From NCBI RefSeq assembly GCF_003945235.1, contig NZ_RSDW01000001.1, forward strand, positions 4,920,001 through 4,952,000: DNA of 32,000 nucleotides. Direction: 5' to 3'. The translations under genes and the position numbers were made by a program. The notes beneath the pieces were generated by a model that was given only the letters and a program-made list of their open reading frames with translations, searched no databases and was not told where the DNA came from. Shown in pieces: positions 18,101 to 27,769 of the stretch; position 1 is the first letter of the stretch, and each line of letters begins with the position of its first letter. The DNA is from Edaphobacter aggregans. Lineage in GTDB: Bacteria; Acidobacteriota; Terriglobia; Terriglobales; Acidobacteriaceae.

Positions 18101-18204
18101 TTCTCGGGTTTCTATTATATCGAGTCGAAGGGAATTGTTATGCAGCGTGGATGTGTTTTGGAATGAGTAAGATACTTGGCTTAGTGGCTTGACAGGTTTA
18201 AGGG

Positions 18205-20433
18205 TTACTTGGCGGCGGATTCCAGGATGGCGGCGGAGCGGTTTAGGGCGTCGGCCAGGGAGGTTAGCTGGGTCTGGGCTCGGCTGGCGTCAGCGGCTTC
18301 GATACCTTCGGTGACGCCGGGGATAACGACAGCGGCGTAACCGGTGAACTCGCCGGGGGCGTAGATGGTGTGTTTGTACCAGGGGCGCTTTGGGAGACCC
18401 TCGGGGTTGAGAAGGGCGGTTTCGGCGCCGCGAAGCGACTGGTTGAGAGCAGCGGCGTGGGTGGGTGGGGCAGTCTGACGGGTGCGGATGGCGGTGCCGG
18501 CTGCGGCGAAACGGTTGGCTGCGGCGAGAGCGGCGGTGAAGTCGAGGGTTAGCTTTGCGGTGGCAGCGCGCTTCTGGGCGGTCTCGAGGTAGTTGACGAT
18601 CTCTTTGCCGTAGAGCTGGTAGTCGTAGGGCAGCACGTCGGCGTCGGCCATGTGGAGGACTTCAAGGCCGAAGACGCGGGCTTGCTGCTGCTCGTAGACG
18701 AAGGTGGGGTCGGCAAATTTCGTGAACCAGTTGTAGTTGTCGAAGACGGAGTGGTAGACGCCGTAGGGGCCTTCGGAGCCGATGTCAGTGGAGGGGACGC
18801 CGAGGTGCTGGATGAAGGGGGTGTAGTCGGAGCCTGAGCCGAGGTCGCGGACGCGGACATCGTTTTCAACCTGGGCGTTGAAGCGGCTTGGGCCACCGCG
18901 GGTGCTGGCGTCGCCGGTACGTTCGTTGGCCTCCTGGGTCTTCTTCCACTGTTCGTAGACGGTGCCGCCTTTGGGGCTGGGAACTTCTTTGGTGACCTCG
19001 CGGACGAATTGCTTGAGGGAGGGGACGGCTGCGGCGCCAAAGTCGGGTCCAGCTACGCCGACGTCGGTGTTGAAGTAGGCTACGGCGTGGTTGAGTTCTT
19101 TGGCGTGCTGCTCGGCCCACTCGGTGGAGCCCATGAGGCCTTCTTCTTCGGCGTCCCAGCTTCCGATGACGATGGTTCGTTTGGGCTTCCAGCCCTGTTT
19201 GAGAAGGTCACCGAGGCCATGAACAGTTTCGAGCATGGCGGCGGTTCCAGAGTTGGGATCGACGGCGCCGTAGACCCAGGCGTCGCGGTGGTTGCCGGCT
19301 ACGATCCAATCGTCCTTCTGGGCGGGGTCGGTGCCGGGAATTTTGCCGATGACGTCCCAGATGGTGCGGAGGGCGGTGTCCTGCTCGAGGTGCATGTGGA
19401 CGGTGACTTTGCTCGTGCTGGCGTTGGCTGGGCCGCCTGCACCGAGGTGATAGGTGAAGGGAAGGGCTCCCTGCCAGTTGCGGGGAGATTCAGCGCCGCC
19501 GAGGCACTTGAGGATGGGGGCGGCATCCTTATACGAGAGCGGGTTGACGGGTATGCTGGGCTGATTGTTCTGAAGCTTGTCAGCCGGGATGCGCTGGGAG
19601 TCGGGCAGGTCGGGGGTGGAGGCGATGCCGGGGGTTTCTGGGTCGCCGGGGTAGATGGGCAGGAACTGGACGGAGCCACGCTGGACGGCCGAGTCGGGGC
19701 GAAAGGGCCCCTTGGGATAGGTGTCGCCCCGGAAGTAGCCGTCGTCGGCGGGGTCGGAGTAGATGAGGACGCCTTTGGCGCCGTACTGCTGAGCGATGTA
19801 GACCTTGACGCCGCGGAAGTTGGCTCCGTAACGGACGAGGACGATCTTGTCTTTGACGCTGATGCCCATTTCGGCGAGTTTTTTGAAGTCGGCTAGTTCG
19901 CCGTAGTTGGCGTAGACGACTTCGCCGGTGACGTCGCCGGAGGGAGAGGAGCCGTTGAAGGCGGGGAGGATGCGAGGATCGTCCTGGAAGGGGTCGCCGC
20001 CGTGCTTTTTGGGGTCGACGTGCTCGGGGGTGGGGCCGGACATGAGCTGTTTGCCGTTGGCATCGAAGGCTTCGATGAGGATGCTGACAGGCTTGTTGAG
20101 AAGGACCTTGTAGGGGACGATCTCGGTTTGGAGGCCGGCGGCTTTGAACTTGTCGGCGACGTAGACGGCGGTGGCGTAGTCCTCGGGGGAGCTGGCCCAG
20201 TGGGGGGCGGAGGTGAGGGTTTTGAGATGCTGGCCGGCTAGTTTGGCGTCGGGTACGGCCATGAAGACGCTGTCCCACTTGGCTTGCTGGGTGAAGTCGC
20301 GGTAGCCGAAGACTTGCGGGGGTTGCGCGGAGGCGGCGATGGCGGCGAGGGGCAGGAGGCAGGAAAAAGTGCGGAGACGGTTCAAAAAGAGCCTCAAAGG
20401 GGTGAAATGGTCCGAAGACTTAGCGTATCGCAT
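18205..20433 (-). CDS. M28-family peptidase with PA and transferrin-receptor-like dimerisation domains (glutamate carboxypeptidase II/PSMA-like)
   Basis: ORF 18205..20565; ATG 20433 gives a signal peptide (LLPLAAIAASA/QPP). Close motif matches to GCPII: GVLIYSDPADDGY, GNHRDAWVYGAVDPNSGTAAMLE, SWDAEEEGLMGSTEWAE, plus a C-terminal helical dimerisation region. Confidence 0.85.
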   Translation of the reverse strand: MRYAKSSDHFTPLRLFLNRLRTFSCLLPLAAIAASAQPPQVFGYRDFTQQAKWDSVFMAVPDAKLAGQHLKTLTSAPHWASSPEDYATAVYVADKFKAAGLQTEIVPYKVLLNKPVSILIEAFDANGKQLMSGPTPEHVDPKKHGGDPFQDDPRILPAFNGSSPSGDVTGEVVYANYGELADFKKLAEMGISVKDKIVLVRYGANFRGVKVYIAQQYGAKGVLIYSDPADDGYFRGDTYPKGPFRPDSAVQRGSVQFLPIYPGDPETPGIASTPDLPDSQRIPADKLQNNQPSIPVNPLSYKDAAPILKCLGGAESPRNWQGALPFTYHLGAGGPANASTSKVTVHMHLEQDTALRTIWDVIGKIPGTDPAQKDDWIVAGNHRDAWVYGAVDPNSGTAAMLETVHGLGDLLKQGWKPKRTIVIGSWDAEEEGLMGSTEWAEQHAKELNHAVAYFNTDVGVAGPDFGAAAVPSLKQFVREVTKEVPSPKGGTVYEQWKKTQEANERTGDASTRGGPSRFNAQVENDVRVRDLGSGSDYTPFIQHLGVPSTDIGSEGPYGVYHSVFDNYNWFTKFADPTFVYEQQQARVFGLEVLHMADADVLPYDYQLYGKEIVNYLETAQKRAATAKLTLDFTAALAAANRFAAAGTAIRTRQTAPPTHAAALNQSLRGAETALLNPEGLPKRPWYKHTIYAPGEFTGYAAVVIPGVTEGIEAADASRAQTQLTSLADALNRSAAILESAAK

Positions 20434-20509
20434 CAGAGGGAAGGACGCGAGTTTATGCTTGTGGGCGCGCGACCGTTGATTGACGCTGATTTCTATAAGG
20501 AGCAGGACT

Positions 20510-20986
20510 ATGACAACAGCTTCGCCTTCGCCCCTCGTTCCGCCATTTACACGCGAGACAGCCATTTTGAAGGTGCGTGCCGCTGAAGATGGTTGGAACT
20601 CTCGTGATCCGCAGCGTGTTTCGCTGGCTTATACGGTGGACAGTGTTTGGCGCAACCGGTCGGAGTTTGTTACGGGCAGGGAGGAGATAGTTGGATTTTT
20701 GACGAGGAAATGGGCGCGGGAGTTGGAGTACAGACTGATCAAAGAGCTGTGGGCGTTTGATGGGGACAGGATTGCGGTGCGGTTCTGTTATGAGTGCCAT
20801 GATGCCGATGGGCAGTGGTTTCGGTCGTATGGGAATGAGAACTGGGAGTTCGATGAGAAGGGATTGATGAAGCGGCGTCATGCGAGCATCAACGATCTGG
20901 CGATTGCGGAGTCGGACAGGCTGTTTCGTTGGCCGATTGGGCGGCGGCCGGATGATCATCGGGGGCTTAGTGCGCTTGGGCTTTAG
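20510..20986 (+). CDS. DUF1348 / NTF2-like family protein
   Basis: ATG 20510 lies 7 nt after AAGGAG. DUF1348 pattern: [65 protein letters not shown]. Confidence 0.85.
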   Translation: MTTASPSPLVPPFTRETAILKVRAAEDGWNSRDPQRVSLAYTVDSVWRNRSEFVTGREEIVGFLTRKWARELEYRLIKELWAFDGDRIAVRFCYECHDADGQWFRSYGNENWEFDEKGLMKRRHASINDLAIAESDRLFRWPIGRRPDDHRGLSALGL

Positions 20987-21050
20987 TTGATGTGATACCG
21001 AACAACGGAGACGACAACTAAGAGCTGGATTTGAAGAGGAGAATAACGAA

Positions 21051-21086
21051 GGGCCACGTTGGCTTCGCGCGGACGTGGTCCTTTTT
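21051..21086 (+). terminator. Terminator hairpin between the convergent DUF1348 and mscL genes
   Basis: GGGCCACGT (21051-21059) / ACGTGGTCC (21073-21081) with one G-U pair and a 13-nt loop, followed by TTTTT. It abuts the mscL stop codon. Confidence 0.5.
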
Positions 21087-21497
21087 CTATGTCGTCGAGA
21101 GGGACTGGACCGGCTGTCCGCAGAACTTGCAGCGAGTGGCGGCGGCGGGGATCTCGGAGAGGCACTCAGGGCAGGTTTTGTTGGCGACGGCTTCGGGGCC
21201 CTTGATGCGGGCGAGCAGCTTCTGCACGGGAAGTACGAGGAAGAAGTAGATGACGAAGGCAATGATCAGGAAGTTGATGACGGCTGTGATGAAGCTGCCG
21301 TATCGGATAGGTGTAACGCCGATGTGGAAGACAACATTTCTGAAGTCGGGCTGGCCAATGGTGGCGCCGAGGAGTGGGGTGATGATGTCTTCAACGAGAG
21401 ATTTGGTGATGTTGGAGAAGGCGGCACCGATGATGACGGCGACGGCCAGATCGATGACGTTGCCACGGAGGATGAAGTCGCGAAAGCCTTTGATCAC
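21087..21497 (-). CDS. mscL: Large-conductance mechanosensitive channel MscL with a C-terminal CxxC...CxxC zinc-ribbon tail
   Basis: ORF 21087..21539. GTG 21497, 8 nt after AGGGAGA, gives the canonical N-terminus (M)IKGFRDFILRGNVIDLAVAVIIGAAF. There are two TM helices. The tail is KTCPECLSEIPAAATRCKFCGQPV. Confidence 0.85.
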   Translation of the reverse strand: MIKGFRDFILRGNVIDLAVAVIIGAAFSNITKSLVEDIITPLLGATIGQPDFRNVVFHIGVTPIRYGSFITAVINFLIIAFVIYFFLVLPVQKLLARIKGPEAVANKTCPECLSEIPAAATRCKFCGQPVQSLSTT

Positions 21498-21588
21498 AGT
21501 GGGTTTCTCCCTGGAGTGAAGGTCGCTTGCCAGATTCATCGCTGAGTATACGACGGAGACCCTGAGCCTAGAGCTTTGGTGGCGAGAT

Positions 21589-21894
21589 TTATTGGGAGGA
21601 GGTGATCCAGTGGGCGTAGGGGTAGAGGAGGAAGAAGAGGATCATGCAGAGAGCCATGAGATCCATGTAGACGAAGAGAATGACGCCGGCGTGGTAGAAG
21701 CTCCAGGGCCCTTGCAGACAACGGACCGTGTCGATGGTGCCTGCAGTTGCGGTAAGAGCGGGAATGGCCAGCAGCATGGTGGCGTGGTTATGAGGGAAGT
21801 GCGAGAGCAACAGGGATATCGAGAGGCTGACGAGGACGAGGATGCTTCCTCGGAGAAGCGACGGAATACGCGGGTTGAACCAGGGGCGAGTCAC
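21589..21894 (-). CDS. Hypothetical small integral membrane protein (about 3 TM)
   Basis: GTG-initiated ORF, co-directional between the alpha-glucosidase gene and mscL. It has hydrophobic segments (ILVLVSLSISLLL, MLLAIPALTATAG, VILFVYMDLMALCMILFFLLY). No SD and no family recognised; the start is uncertain. Confidence 0.4.
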   Translation of the reverse strand: MTRPWFNPRIPSLLRGSILVLVSLSISLLLSHFPHNHATMLLAIPALTATAGTIDTVRCLQGPWSFYHAGVILFVYMDLMALCMILFFLLYPYAHWITSSQ

Positions 21895-21978
21895 ACTGCT
21901 AGGAATAGGGTAGAAGGTTTTGCTGCGTGGTGCTTAGCGGGGTGTATCCGCATCCTTCCGACCGATCCCTCGATTGGC

Positions 21979-23796
21979 TTATTGAACCTCCGCGATCCAG
22001 GTTGCGAATGGCGCTAGAGTGGTCGGTTTGGTAAGCGGTGATTGGTTGAGAGCGGGGTCGTCGGTCAGGAGAGTAGACGTGGCGCCCTTGGTAAGACCCA
22101 ATGCGGCGAAGTCATATTTCAAGACCTGGGGTTTTGCGGAGAAGTTTAGCGCGACCAGAACGGATGGCTTGCCCGGCGGTCCCTGGCGCAGGTAAGAGAG
22201 GACGTTTTCGTTCGAGGTGTCGATCAGCTTCATGCTGCCTGCGAAGAGAGCCGGGTTCGAACGGCGGAGTGCTATCAGTTGTTTGTACCAGCTGAGCATG
22301 GAGTTGGGATCGGATGACTCTGTGCTGACATTGACTGTGGGGTAGTCCGCAGCGATTGGCAGCCATGGCGTGGACGAGGTGGTGAAGCCTGCATTTTTGT
22401 CCGCGCTCCACTGCATCGGAGTGCGTTCGCCGTCACGGCCTTTTTCTTTGGGCCAGCCGATGATGCCGATCGGATCCTTAACATCTTCCTTGCGTGCAGG
22501 CGGTGTGGTAACCATGCCGAGTTCTTCGCCGTAGTAGAGCTGGGGCGTCGCGCGCGACGTGAGCAGAAGCGCCGCCATCATGCGGGCGATGCGCGCTTTC
22601 ATGGCGGGGTCGCTTACGCCTTCACTGTAACGGTCCCAGACCCGGGCCTGATCGTGGTTGCCGAAGAAGAAATGCGGCTGGCCGCTGGCGGGATTGTTTT
22701 CAACTTGCTCCAGGAAGTCGCGGAATTTCGGGACAGAGAGTTCGTTGACGTCCGCGACCTGGAAGTCCATTGGCAGTTGTACTTCGTCGTTGTTGCGGCC
22801 ATACATTTTGGTGAGTTCGGCGATGTTTGGTTCGTCGGCTTCGCTGATGAGAACTGGGTTGCCGGGATATTCGTCGACGACCTGGCGCATGAGGCGCAGC
22901 ATGTCGTGGACTTCAGGGAGATTGTCAGTGTACTTGTGCTGAATGTTGGGATCGCCATAGGCATTGGTGCCGGGCAGGATCGGGTCGTCGTGGAGATTGG
23001 GATCTTCAAAGAGGCGTGAGACAGCGTCGATGCGAAAGCCCGAGACTCCCTTGTCCATCCAGAAGCGCAGCACGTTCATCATGGCCTTCTGCACGTCTGG
23101 GTTGCGCCAGTTCAGATCCGGTTGCTGAGTATAGAAGTGGTGATAGTAGTACTGCGATGTGGTGGGGTCGTACTGCCATGCGGAGTGGCCAAACCAGCTT
23201 TGCCAATTGTTTGGTGGAATTGGTTTGCCGTCGGCTGTGAAGCCTTTGGGGTCGCGCCAGATGTACCAGTCACGCTTGGGGTTATCGCGTGAGGAACGTG
23301 ACTCCTTGAACCAGGCGTTTTGATCGGAGGTGTGGTTCGGCACAAAGTCCATGATGACGCGGATGTTGCGGCGCTTCGCTTCGGCGACCATGCGCTCGAA
23401 GTCGGCCATGGTGCCGTACTGGGGGTCGATTGCGGTGTAGTCGGAGATGTCGTAGCCAAAGTCCACCTGGGGCGATGGATACATGGGAGTGATCCAGATG
23501 GCGTCCACGCCGAGTTGCTGCAGGTAGTCGAGGCGTGAGGTGATGCCGTTGATGTCGCCGATGCCGTCGCCGTTTGAATCCTGAAAACTGCGTGGGTAGA
23601 TCTCGTAGATAACGGCGTGCTTCCACCATGGACCGTCGGTTGACTGCAGGAGCGTCTGAGGGGCCGCGGTTGCAGGCTTGGCGGTCTGGGCCCAGGTGGT
23701 GGTGCTTTGTATGCTGGAGATTGCAAGGAGTAAAAGCGCAGTCAAAAACATCCTGACTGCATGCGACGTACTTTTAGCGAGATTGGTAGCGGTCAA
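21979..23796 (-). CDS. Secreted GH13 alpha-glucosidase / oligo-1,6-glucosidase-like enzyme
   Basis: GH13 conserved regions: YEIYPRSFQDSNGDGIGDINGI, DFVPNHTSDQ, GFRIDAV, FFGNHDQ. TTG start at 23796 lies 5 nt after GGAGG; ATG 23751 is an alternative. An N-terminal signal peptide is present. Confidence 0.9.
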   Translation of the reverse strand: MTATNLAKSTSHAVRMFLTALLLLAISSIQSTTTWAQTAKPATAAPQTLLQSTDGPWWKHAVIYEIYPRSFQDSNGDGIGDINGITSRLDYLQQLGVDAIWITPMYPSPQVDFGYDISDYTAIDPQYGTMADFERMVAEAKRRNIRVIMDFVPNHTSDQNAWFKESRSSRDNPKRDWYIWRDPKGFTADGKPIPPNNWQSWFGHSAWQYDPTTSQYYYHHFYTQQPDLNWRNPDVQKAMMNVLRFWMDKGVSGFRIDAVSRLFEDPNLHDDPILPGTNAYGDPNIQHKYTDNLPEVHDMLRLMRQVVDEYPGNPVLISEADEPNIAELTKMYGRNNDEVQLPMDFQVADVNELSVPKFRDFLEQVENNPASGQPHFFFGNHDQARVWDRYSEGVSDPAMKARIARMMAALLLTSRATPQLYYGEELGMVTTPPARKEDVKDPIGIIGWPKEKGRDGERTPMQWSADKNAGFTTSSTPWLPIAADYPTVNVSTESSDPNSMLSWYKQLIALRRSNPALFAGSMKLIDTSNENVLSYLRQGPPGKPSVLVALNFSAKPQVLKYDFAALGLTKGATSTLLTDDPALNQSPLTKPTTLAPFATWIAEVQ

Positions 23797-24268
23797 GTCC
23801 TGCCTCCAGAGGTCGTCGTGCTATGGCATCCGTGGTGACATTTATAGGCCATTGATACGGTAATGCGATAGCACCCGCACGGTTGAGAGACACGCCAGTG
23901 TCCGGCACGCTAAATTTCTCAATCGACGAAAGAAAAGATGGTGCAGGCGGCGTGAGGTGCGGAGGTGAATCACGCCCAACCAACGAGGTCGGCCTGCGAT
24001 ATCCCTTTATGCTCCTTTTGGGATTTTCAGGATCCTGGGCGCCATCATTTGGCCCGCATAGGCAGAGATTTCCCGAAAACAACCCAAACTGCCCGATTTA
24101 AGCGATTGAGTCCGCGCCGATGGAGCTAGTTAAATTCGATAGGAGAAGTAAATTCAATTCTGGCTTCCAAAAGCCGTCCAGAAGACATTTTTTCCCCAGA
24201 ACTCCACTCCGCTCCCCAGTTCCCATAAGAAGCATACGTTATGCCATATTAAATTTCCATTCTCTTAC

Positions 24269-24298
24269 TTGACAAGCAAGCTTTCCCGTGGATATAGT
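24269..24298 (+). promoter_or_regulatory. Near-consensus sigma-70-type promoter
   Basis: TTGACA (24269-24274), an 18-nt spacer, then TATAGT (24293-24298), within an AT-richer intergenic stretch. It would give a leader of about 250 nt before the CE15 gene start at 24554. Confidence 0.35.
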
Positions 24299-24553
24299 TC
24301 GCATCGCAAAACAAAGAATCCAGCGGTCGGGCCCCCATCCAAATTCTCACAATGTGACGGCTTTTTATTCTGCCCTCGCCCAGCCCTGTTCAGGCGGGCC
24401 GCGAGATATGAGAGAGGAGGAGACATCAGGACGACGATTCCGGCGTCGTATCAGCTTCCCCTGCTGCCCGCGACACTCGCTCTTCAACGCCCAAGGCTGC
24501 ACAACAATTTCTGTCTTGACAATCCAAGCCAACTGAAGAAAAGGAGAAGCACC

Positions 24554-27208
24554 ATGCGTCAGTCTCTGAGGAGTTTGCATCTCACCTGGATATCTTTTGG
24601 GCTAGTGGCCGTGTGGCTTCTTTGTGCTGCCAATCCACAGGCCCAAGGGCAGACACCACCATTGGTCTATAGCGTTGAGAATACGGGTGCGAGCTTCGCG
24701 GCTCCCGTACTCCCCGATTTCGCTCATTCGCCGATCAACCGACAATTGCCAGACCCGTTTGTGTTCTTCGACGGAACTCGCGACACCAGTTGGGGCGCCT
24801 TCGAGCAGCATCGCAACGAATGGATGCAGGCAATCTACAAAAACGAGATTGGTACAAAGCCTGACTGCCATGACTGCACCGTCACTGCATCCTATGTGCC
24901 TACTACTGGCGCCGCCACCCCCAGGGGCACACTGACAATCAATGTGAATCGGGCCGGTAATCCGTATACGCTGACGTTTACTGCGGCAATTGTCCTTCCA
25001 GCAGTGTCAGCCGCGTGTGTCCAACCAGCCAATGGGTGGCCGTACGTAGTTGGTATGGGATCGGCTACCGGGAGTTGGCCAGCCTCCGCGTTCAACGCAT
25101 CGACCGCATCACCGGCCGGAGTTACGGTAAAACCAGCTGGCTGTGCGGCAACCGTCGTATACAGCTTGAATAGCATCACCTCATACACAGGCGGAGGGAA
25201 CGCTGGCTCAACGTCGGGACAACATATCAACGATCCGTTCTATAAGCTTTATCCCGAATACTGCGCTGGCTATTGCGTTGCGGCGAATGGTTATCCCAAT
25301 GGCAGTAACCATGGGCAGTACGCCTCATGGAGCTGGGGAATCAGCCGCTTGATTGATGGTATCCAAATCGCTGCTTCGCAGGCCAACAGTCAGCTCCCGC
25401 TTGATACGGGACACTCGGCGGTAACCGGATGCTCCTATGCCGGGAAGATGGCGATGTGGGGTGGCGCTCTGGACGAGCGAATTGCCCTCTCCATTGCTCA
25501 GGAAAATGGCGGCGGCGGCGCTCCATCCTGGCGTGTTTCGCATGAGGTCCAGGTTCAGGGCAGCGTCGAGAATATCAATGACACGTCCTATGAGTGGTTC
25601 GGGTCACAGATGCATCAATTTGACAGCGCCGGCGTGTACAAAATGCCGACGGATCATTTTGAATTGATGGCCTTGATGGCGCCCAGAGCTATGCTTCAAA
25701 CGGGCGACAGCAACTATTACTGGCTGGGAGATCTATCCGCCACTTTCGATTCAATGGCAACGCAGGCGATATACGACAACTATGGCATAGGCGACCGGTT
25801 TAACTACTATGCCGATACCGTTCACTTCCATTGCGTAGTGCCAGCCTACCAGCAAAACGCCACGCAGCCGATCATCAACAGATTCATGTTCGGGACGAAC
25901 GACGCTACAAATGTTAAGGTCGCTGAGCAATTTGCTGACGCTCTGCAACCCGGTGCTCAACCCACTTGGGACCCCAAGATGTGGACTGCGTGGTGGGGAA
26001 CTGGCAATCCTCCGGCATTTCCGCCCGCCGATGTTTGGAACAGCGGCGGAGACGTCATGTTGCCATTGAACCAGAACATAACCGTCAATAGCGGCGATAC
26101 CATTACGACAAGTTACAGTCTGACGATGCCGGGCACTCACGCGGCAGCGACAGTCACGGTCCCAACCGCATTTACAGAGGTTGATATCGCTTGCACCGAT
26201 AACACTTCCTATACGCTTGTGGTTCCGGCCCCGAATAGCTCGGGCTATCAAACAAACAACCAGGTCTATACGATCGCGGCCAACGACAACTCCACACAAA
26301 CATCAGCTACCTACTCGGTGACGAACCCCGGCTGCAGTAACGGTGCTCCTGGGCAAACGACGGGGACCTATTTCTTCGCCCTTGGAAAATCAAACCCCGG
26401 CGCCGGCAACCCTGGATTAGCTGGTTTCTCGACGACCAATGGCCTGCCTGCAGCCGGGGTCACGGACCCGGTCAATGTGACGTTCAACTTGGCTGACAGC
26501 ACGACCAGCCAGGGTGGCACATGGGCACCGTGGACTACCTTAAACTGGCACAACCCGTACTCGTGCACGCCTCCGGGATGCCCGTTGACTCCGACCATCA
26601 CCTGGCCAGCGCCAACCACCATGCTTGCTGACACGCCGCTGACCTCCGATCAGTTGAACCCAACGGCGGCGTCCACGCTGCTTTCAGGGTTTACCACCAC
26701 CGGCACTTCCGGCTTGCTCACAACGGCGCCGATCCCTGGCACGTGGAGCTTCAATCCGCCCGCAGGAACGGTGCTGAGCCCCGGTATGAATATGCTGACG
26801 GCGACCTTCACGCCGACTAACGTCATCACACCGACCACAACAGCTGCAAACGCCTACAAAACCTACACTGTCGCGACTGCGCAGGTTCCAATCCTCGTCG
26901 GTACGGTGACCATTACGGCTACCGGAGCATTAAGCAAGATCGCCGGCGGATACCAGATGGTCGTCACCGTCAAGAATGGCGGCAACGTGACGGCGTCGAA
27001 CGTTCAACTGACGGGAGCGACGCTGGGCTCGGCGAGCGGCGGAACGCTGCCGGCATCGCTTGGCGACATTGCGGGCGGCGGCTCGGCATCGGTCACTCTC
27101 ACTTTCCCGTCCTCAGCAGGAGGAGATGGCGCCCCTATTGCGGAGAGGTTGTCTGGCACTTACACTGGCGGAACCTTTGGCGGGTCGTTCCGCGCAACCC
27201 TGCCCTAA
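24554..27208 (+). CDS. CE15-family glucuronoyl esterase-like enzyme with a C-terminal extension of about 400 aa (Ig-like/CARDB-like)
   Basis: ORF 24269..27208; ATG 24554 lies 7 nt after AAGGAG and opens a signal peptide. It aligns by eye with fungal and bacterial CE15 enzymes: LPDPFVFFDGT, WSWGISRLIDG, the nucleophile motif VTGCSYAGKMAM (GCSRxGK type), DERIALSIAQENGGGG, MAPRAMLQ, HFHC. The C-terminal half is T/S/G/P-rich beta-type sequence ending in a CARDB-like segment (VTVKNGGNVTASNVQLTG). Confidence 0.8.
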   Translation: MRQSLRSLHLTWISFGLVAVWLLCAANPQAQGQTPPLVYSVENTGASFAAPVLPDFAHSPINRQLPDPFVFFDGTRDTSWGAFEQHRNEWMQAIYKNEIGTKPDCHDCTVTASYVPTTGAATPRGTLTINVNRAGNPYTLTFTAAIVLPAVSAACVQPANGWPYVVGMGSATGSWPASAFNASTASPAGVTVKPAGCAATVVYSLNSITSYTGGGNAGSTSGQHINDPFYKLYPEYCAGYCVAANGYPNGSNHGQYASWSWGISRLIDGIQIAASQANSQLPLDTGHSAVTGCSYAGKMAMWGGALDERIALSIAQENGGGGAPSWRVSHEVQVQGSVENINDTSYEWFGSQMHQFDSAGVYKMPTDHFELMALMAPRAMLQTGDSNYYWLGDLSATFDSMATQAIYDNYGIGDRFNYYADTVHFHCVVPAYQQNATQPIINRFMFGTNDATNVKVAEQFADALQPGAQPTWDPKMWTAWWGTGNPPAFPPADVWNSGGDVMLPLNQNITVNSGDTITTSYSLTMPGTHAAATVTVPTAFTEVDIACTDNTSYTLVVPAPNSSGYQTNNQVYTIAANDNSTQTSATYSVTNPGCSNGAPGQTTGTYFFALGKSNPGAGNPGLAGFSTTNGLPAAGVTDPVNVTFNLADSTTSQGGTWAPWTTLNWHNPYSCTPPGCPLTPTITWPAPTTMLADTPLTSDQLNPTAASTLLSGFTTTGTSGLLTTAPIPGTWSFNPPAGTVLSPGMNMLTATFTPTNVITPTTTAANAYKTYTVATAQVPILVGTVTITATGALSKIAGGYQMVVTVKNGGNVTASNVQLTGATLGSASGGTLPASLGDIAGGGSASVTLTFPSSAGGDGAPIAERLSGTYTGGTFGGSFRATLP

Positions 27209-27250
27209 CCTACAGCTAGTAACCATAACCATAAAAACAGTACGGAGGAA

Positions 27251-27769
27251 ATGATGAAACTCAAAATGACACTAGCTGTAGCGGCGCTGCTGACGATAGG
27301 TTTATCGTCGGCAGCGGCGTATGCCGACAGCATAACGTTCACCCTGACCAATCCGACTGGGTTTGTTGCGGTCACGGGCGGCAGCGTGGCGTTCGATGCT
27401 ACCGTATCCGCTCCGTCCAGCAACAGCGCCGCGGTTTTTTTGAACGGAGATAGCTTCAACGTCACCGCTCCGATCACCCTGGACGACGGCGGATTCATCA
27501 GCAACTTTCCGCTGTCTCTGGCACCGGGGGCCAGCGTTACTGACGAGCTGTTTGTGCTGACAGCGCCTCCCAACACGCCGTTCGGAACCTTCTTGGGCTC
27601 GTTCACACTGGTGGGCGGGGCCGACGGAAGCGCTAGCAACTCGCTGGGCACGGTCAACTTCGACCTTGTCACTACTCCCGAGCCGTCAAGCGTTGTGCTG
27701 CTGCTGACCGGCATGACGATTCTCTTTTGGGTTGGATTTAAACGAAACCTCCGCGGCTGGGCACGCTAG
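27251..27769 (+). CDS. PEP-CTERM sorting-domain protein
   Basis: Signal peptide (MMKLKMTLAVAALLTIGLSSAAAYA/DS). The C-terminus TTPEPSSVVLLLTGMTILFWVGFKRNLR contains the PEP motif, a TM helix and a basic tail. GGAGGA lies upstream. Confidence 0.85.
   Translation: MMKLKMTLAVAALLTIGLSSAAAYADSITFTLTNPTGFVAVTGGSVAFDATVSAPSSNSAAVFLNGDSFNVTAPITLDDGGFISNFPLSLAPGASVTDELFVLTAPPNTPFGTFLGSFTLVGGADGSASNSLGTVNFDLVTTPEPSSVVLLLTGMTILFWVGFKRNLRGWAR

Noticed and set aside
23774-24101. ORFs 23774..24082 (minus strand) and 23883..24101 (plus strand) in the long spacer
   Set aside because: No SD, no recognisable motifs and odd composition. One overlaps the start region of the alpha-glucosidase gene.
24269-24553. 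N-terminal 95-codon extension of the CE15 ORF (TTG at 24269)
   Set aside because: The extension has no signal peptide and overlaps the promoter-like AT-rich region. ATG 24554 has a good SD and begins a canonical signal peptide.
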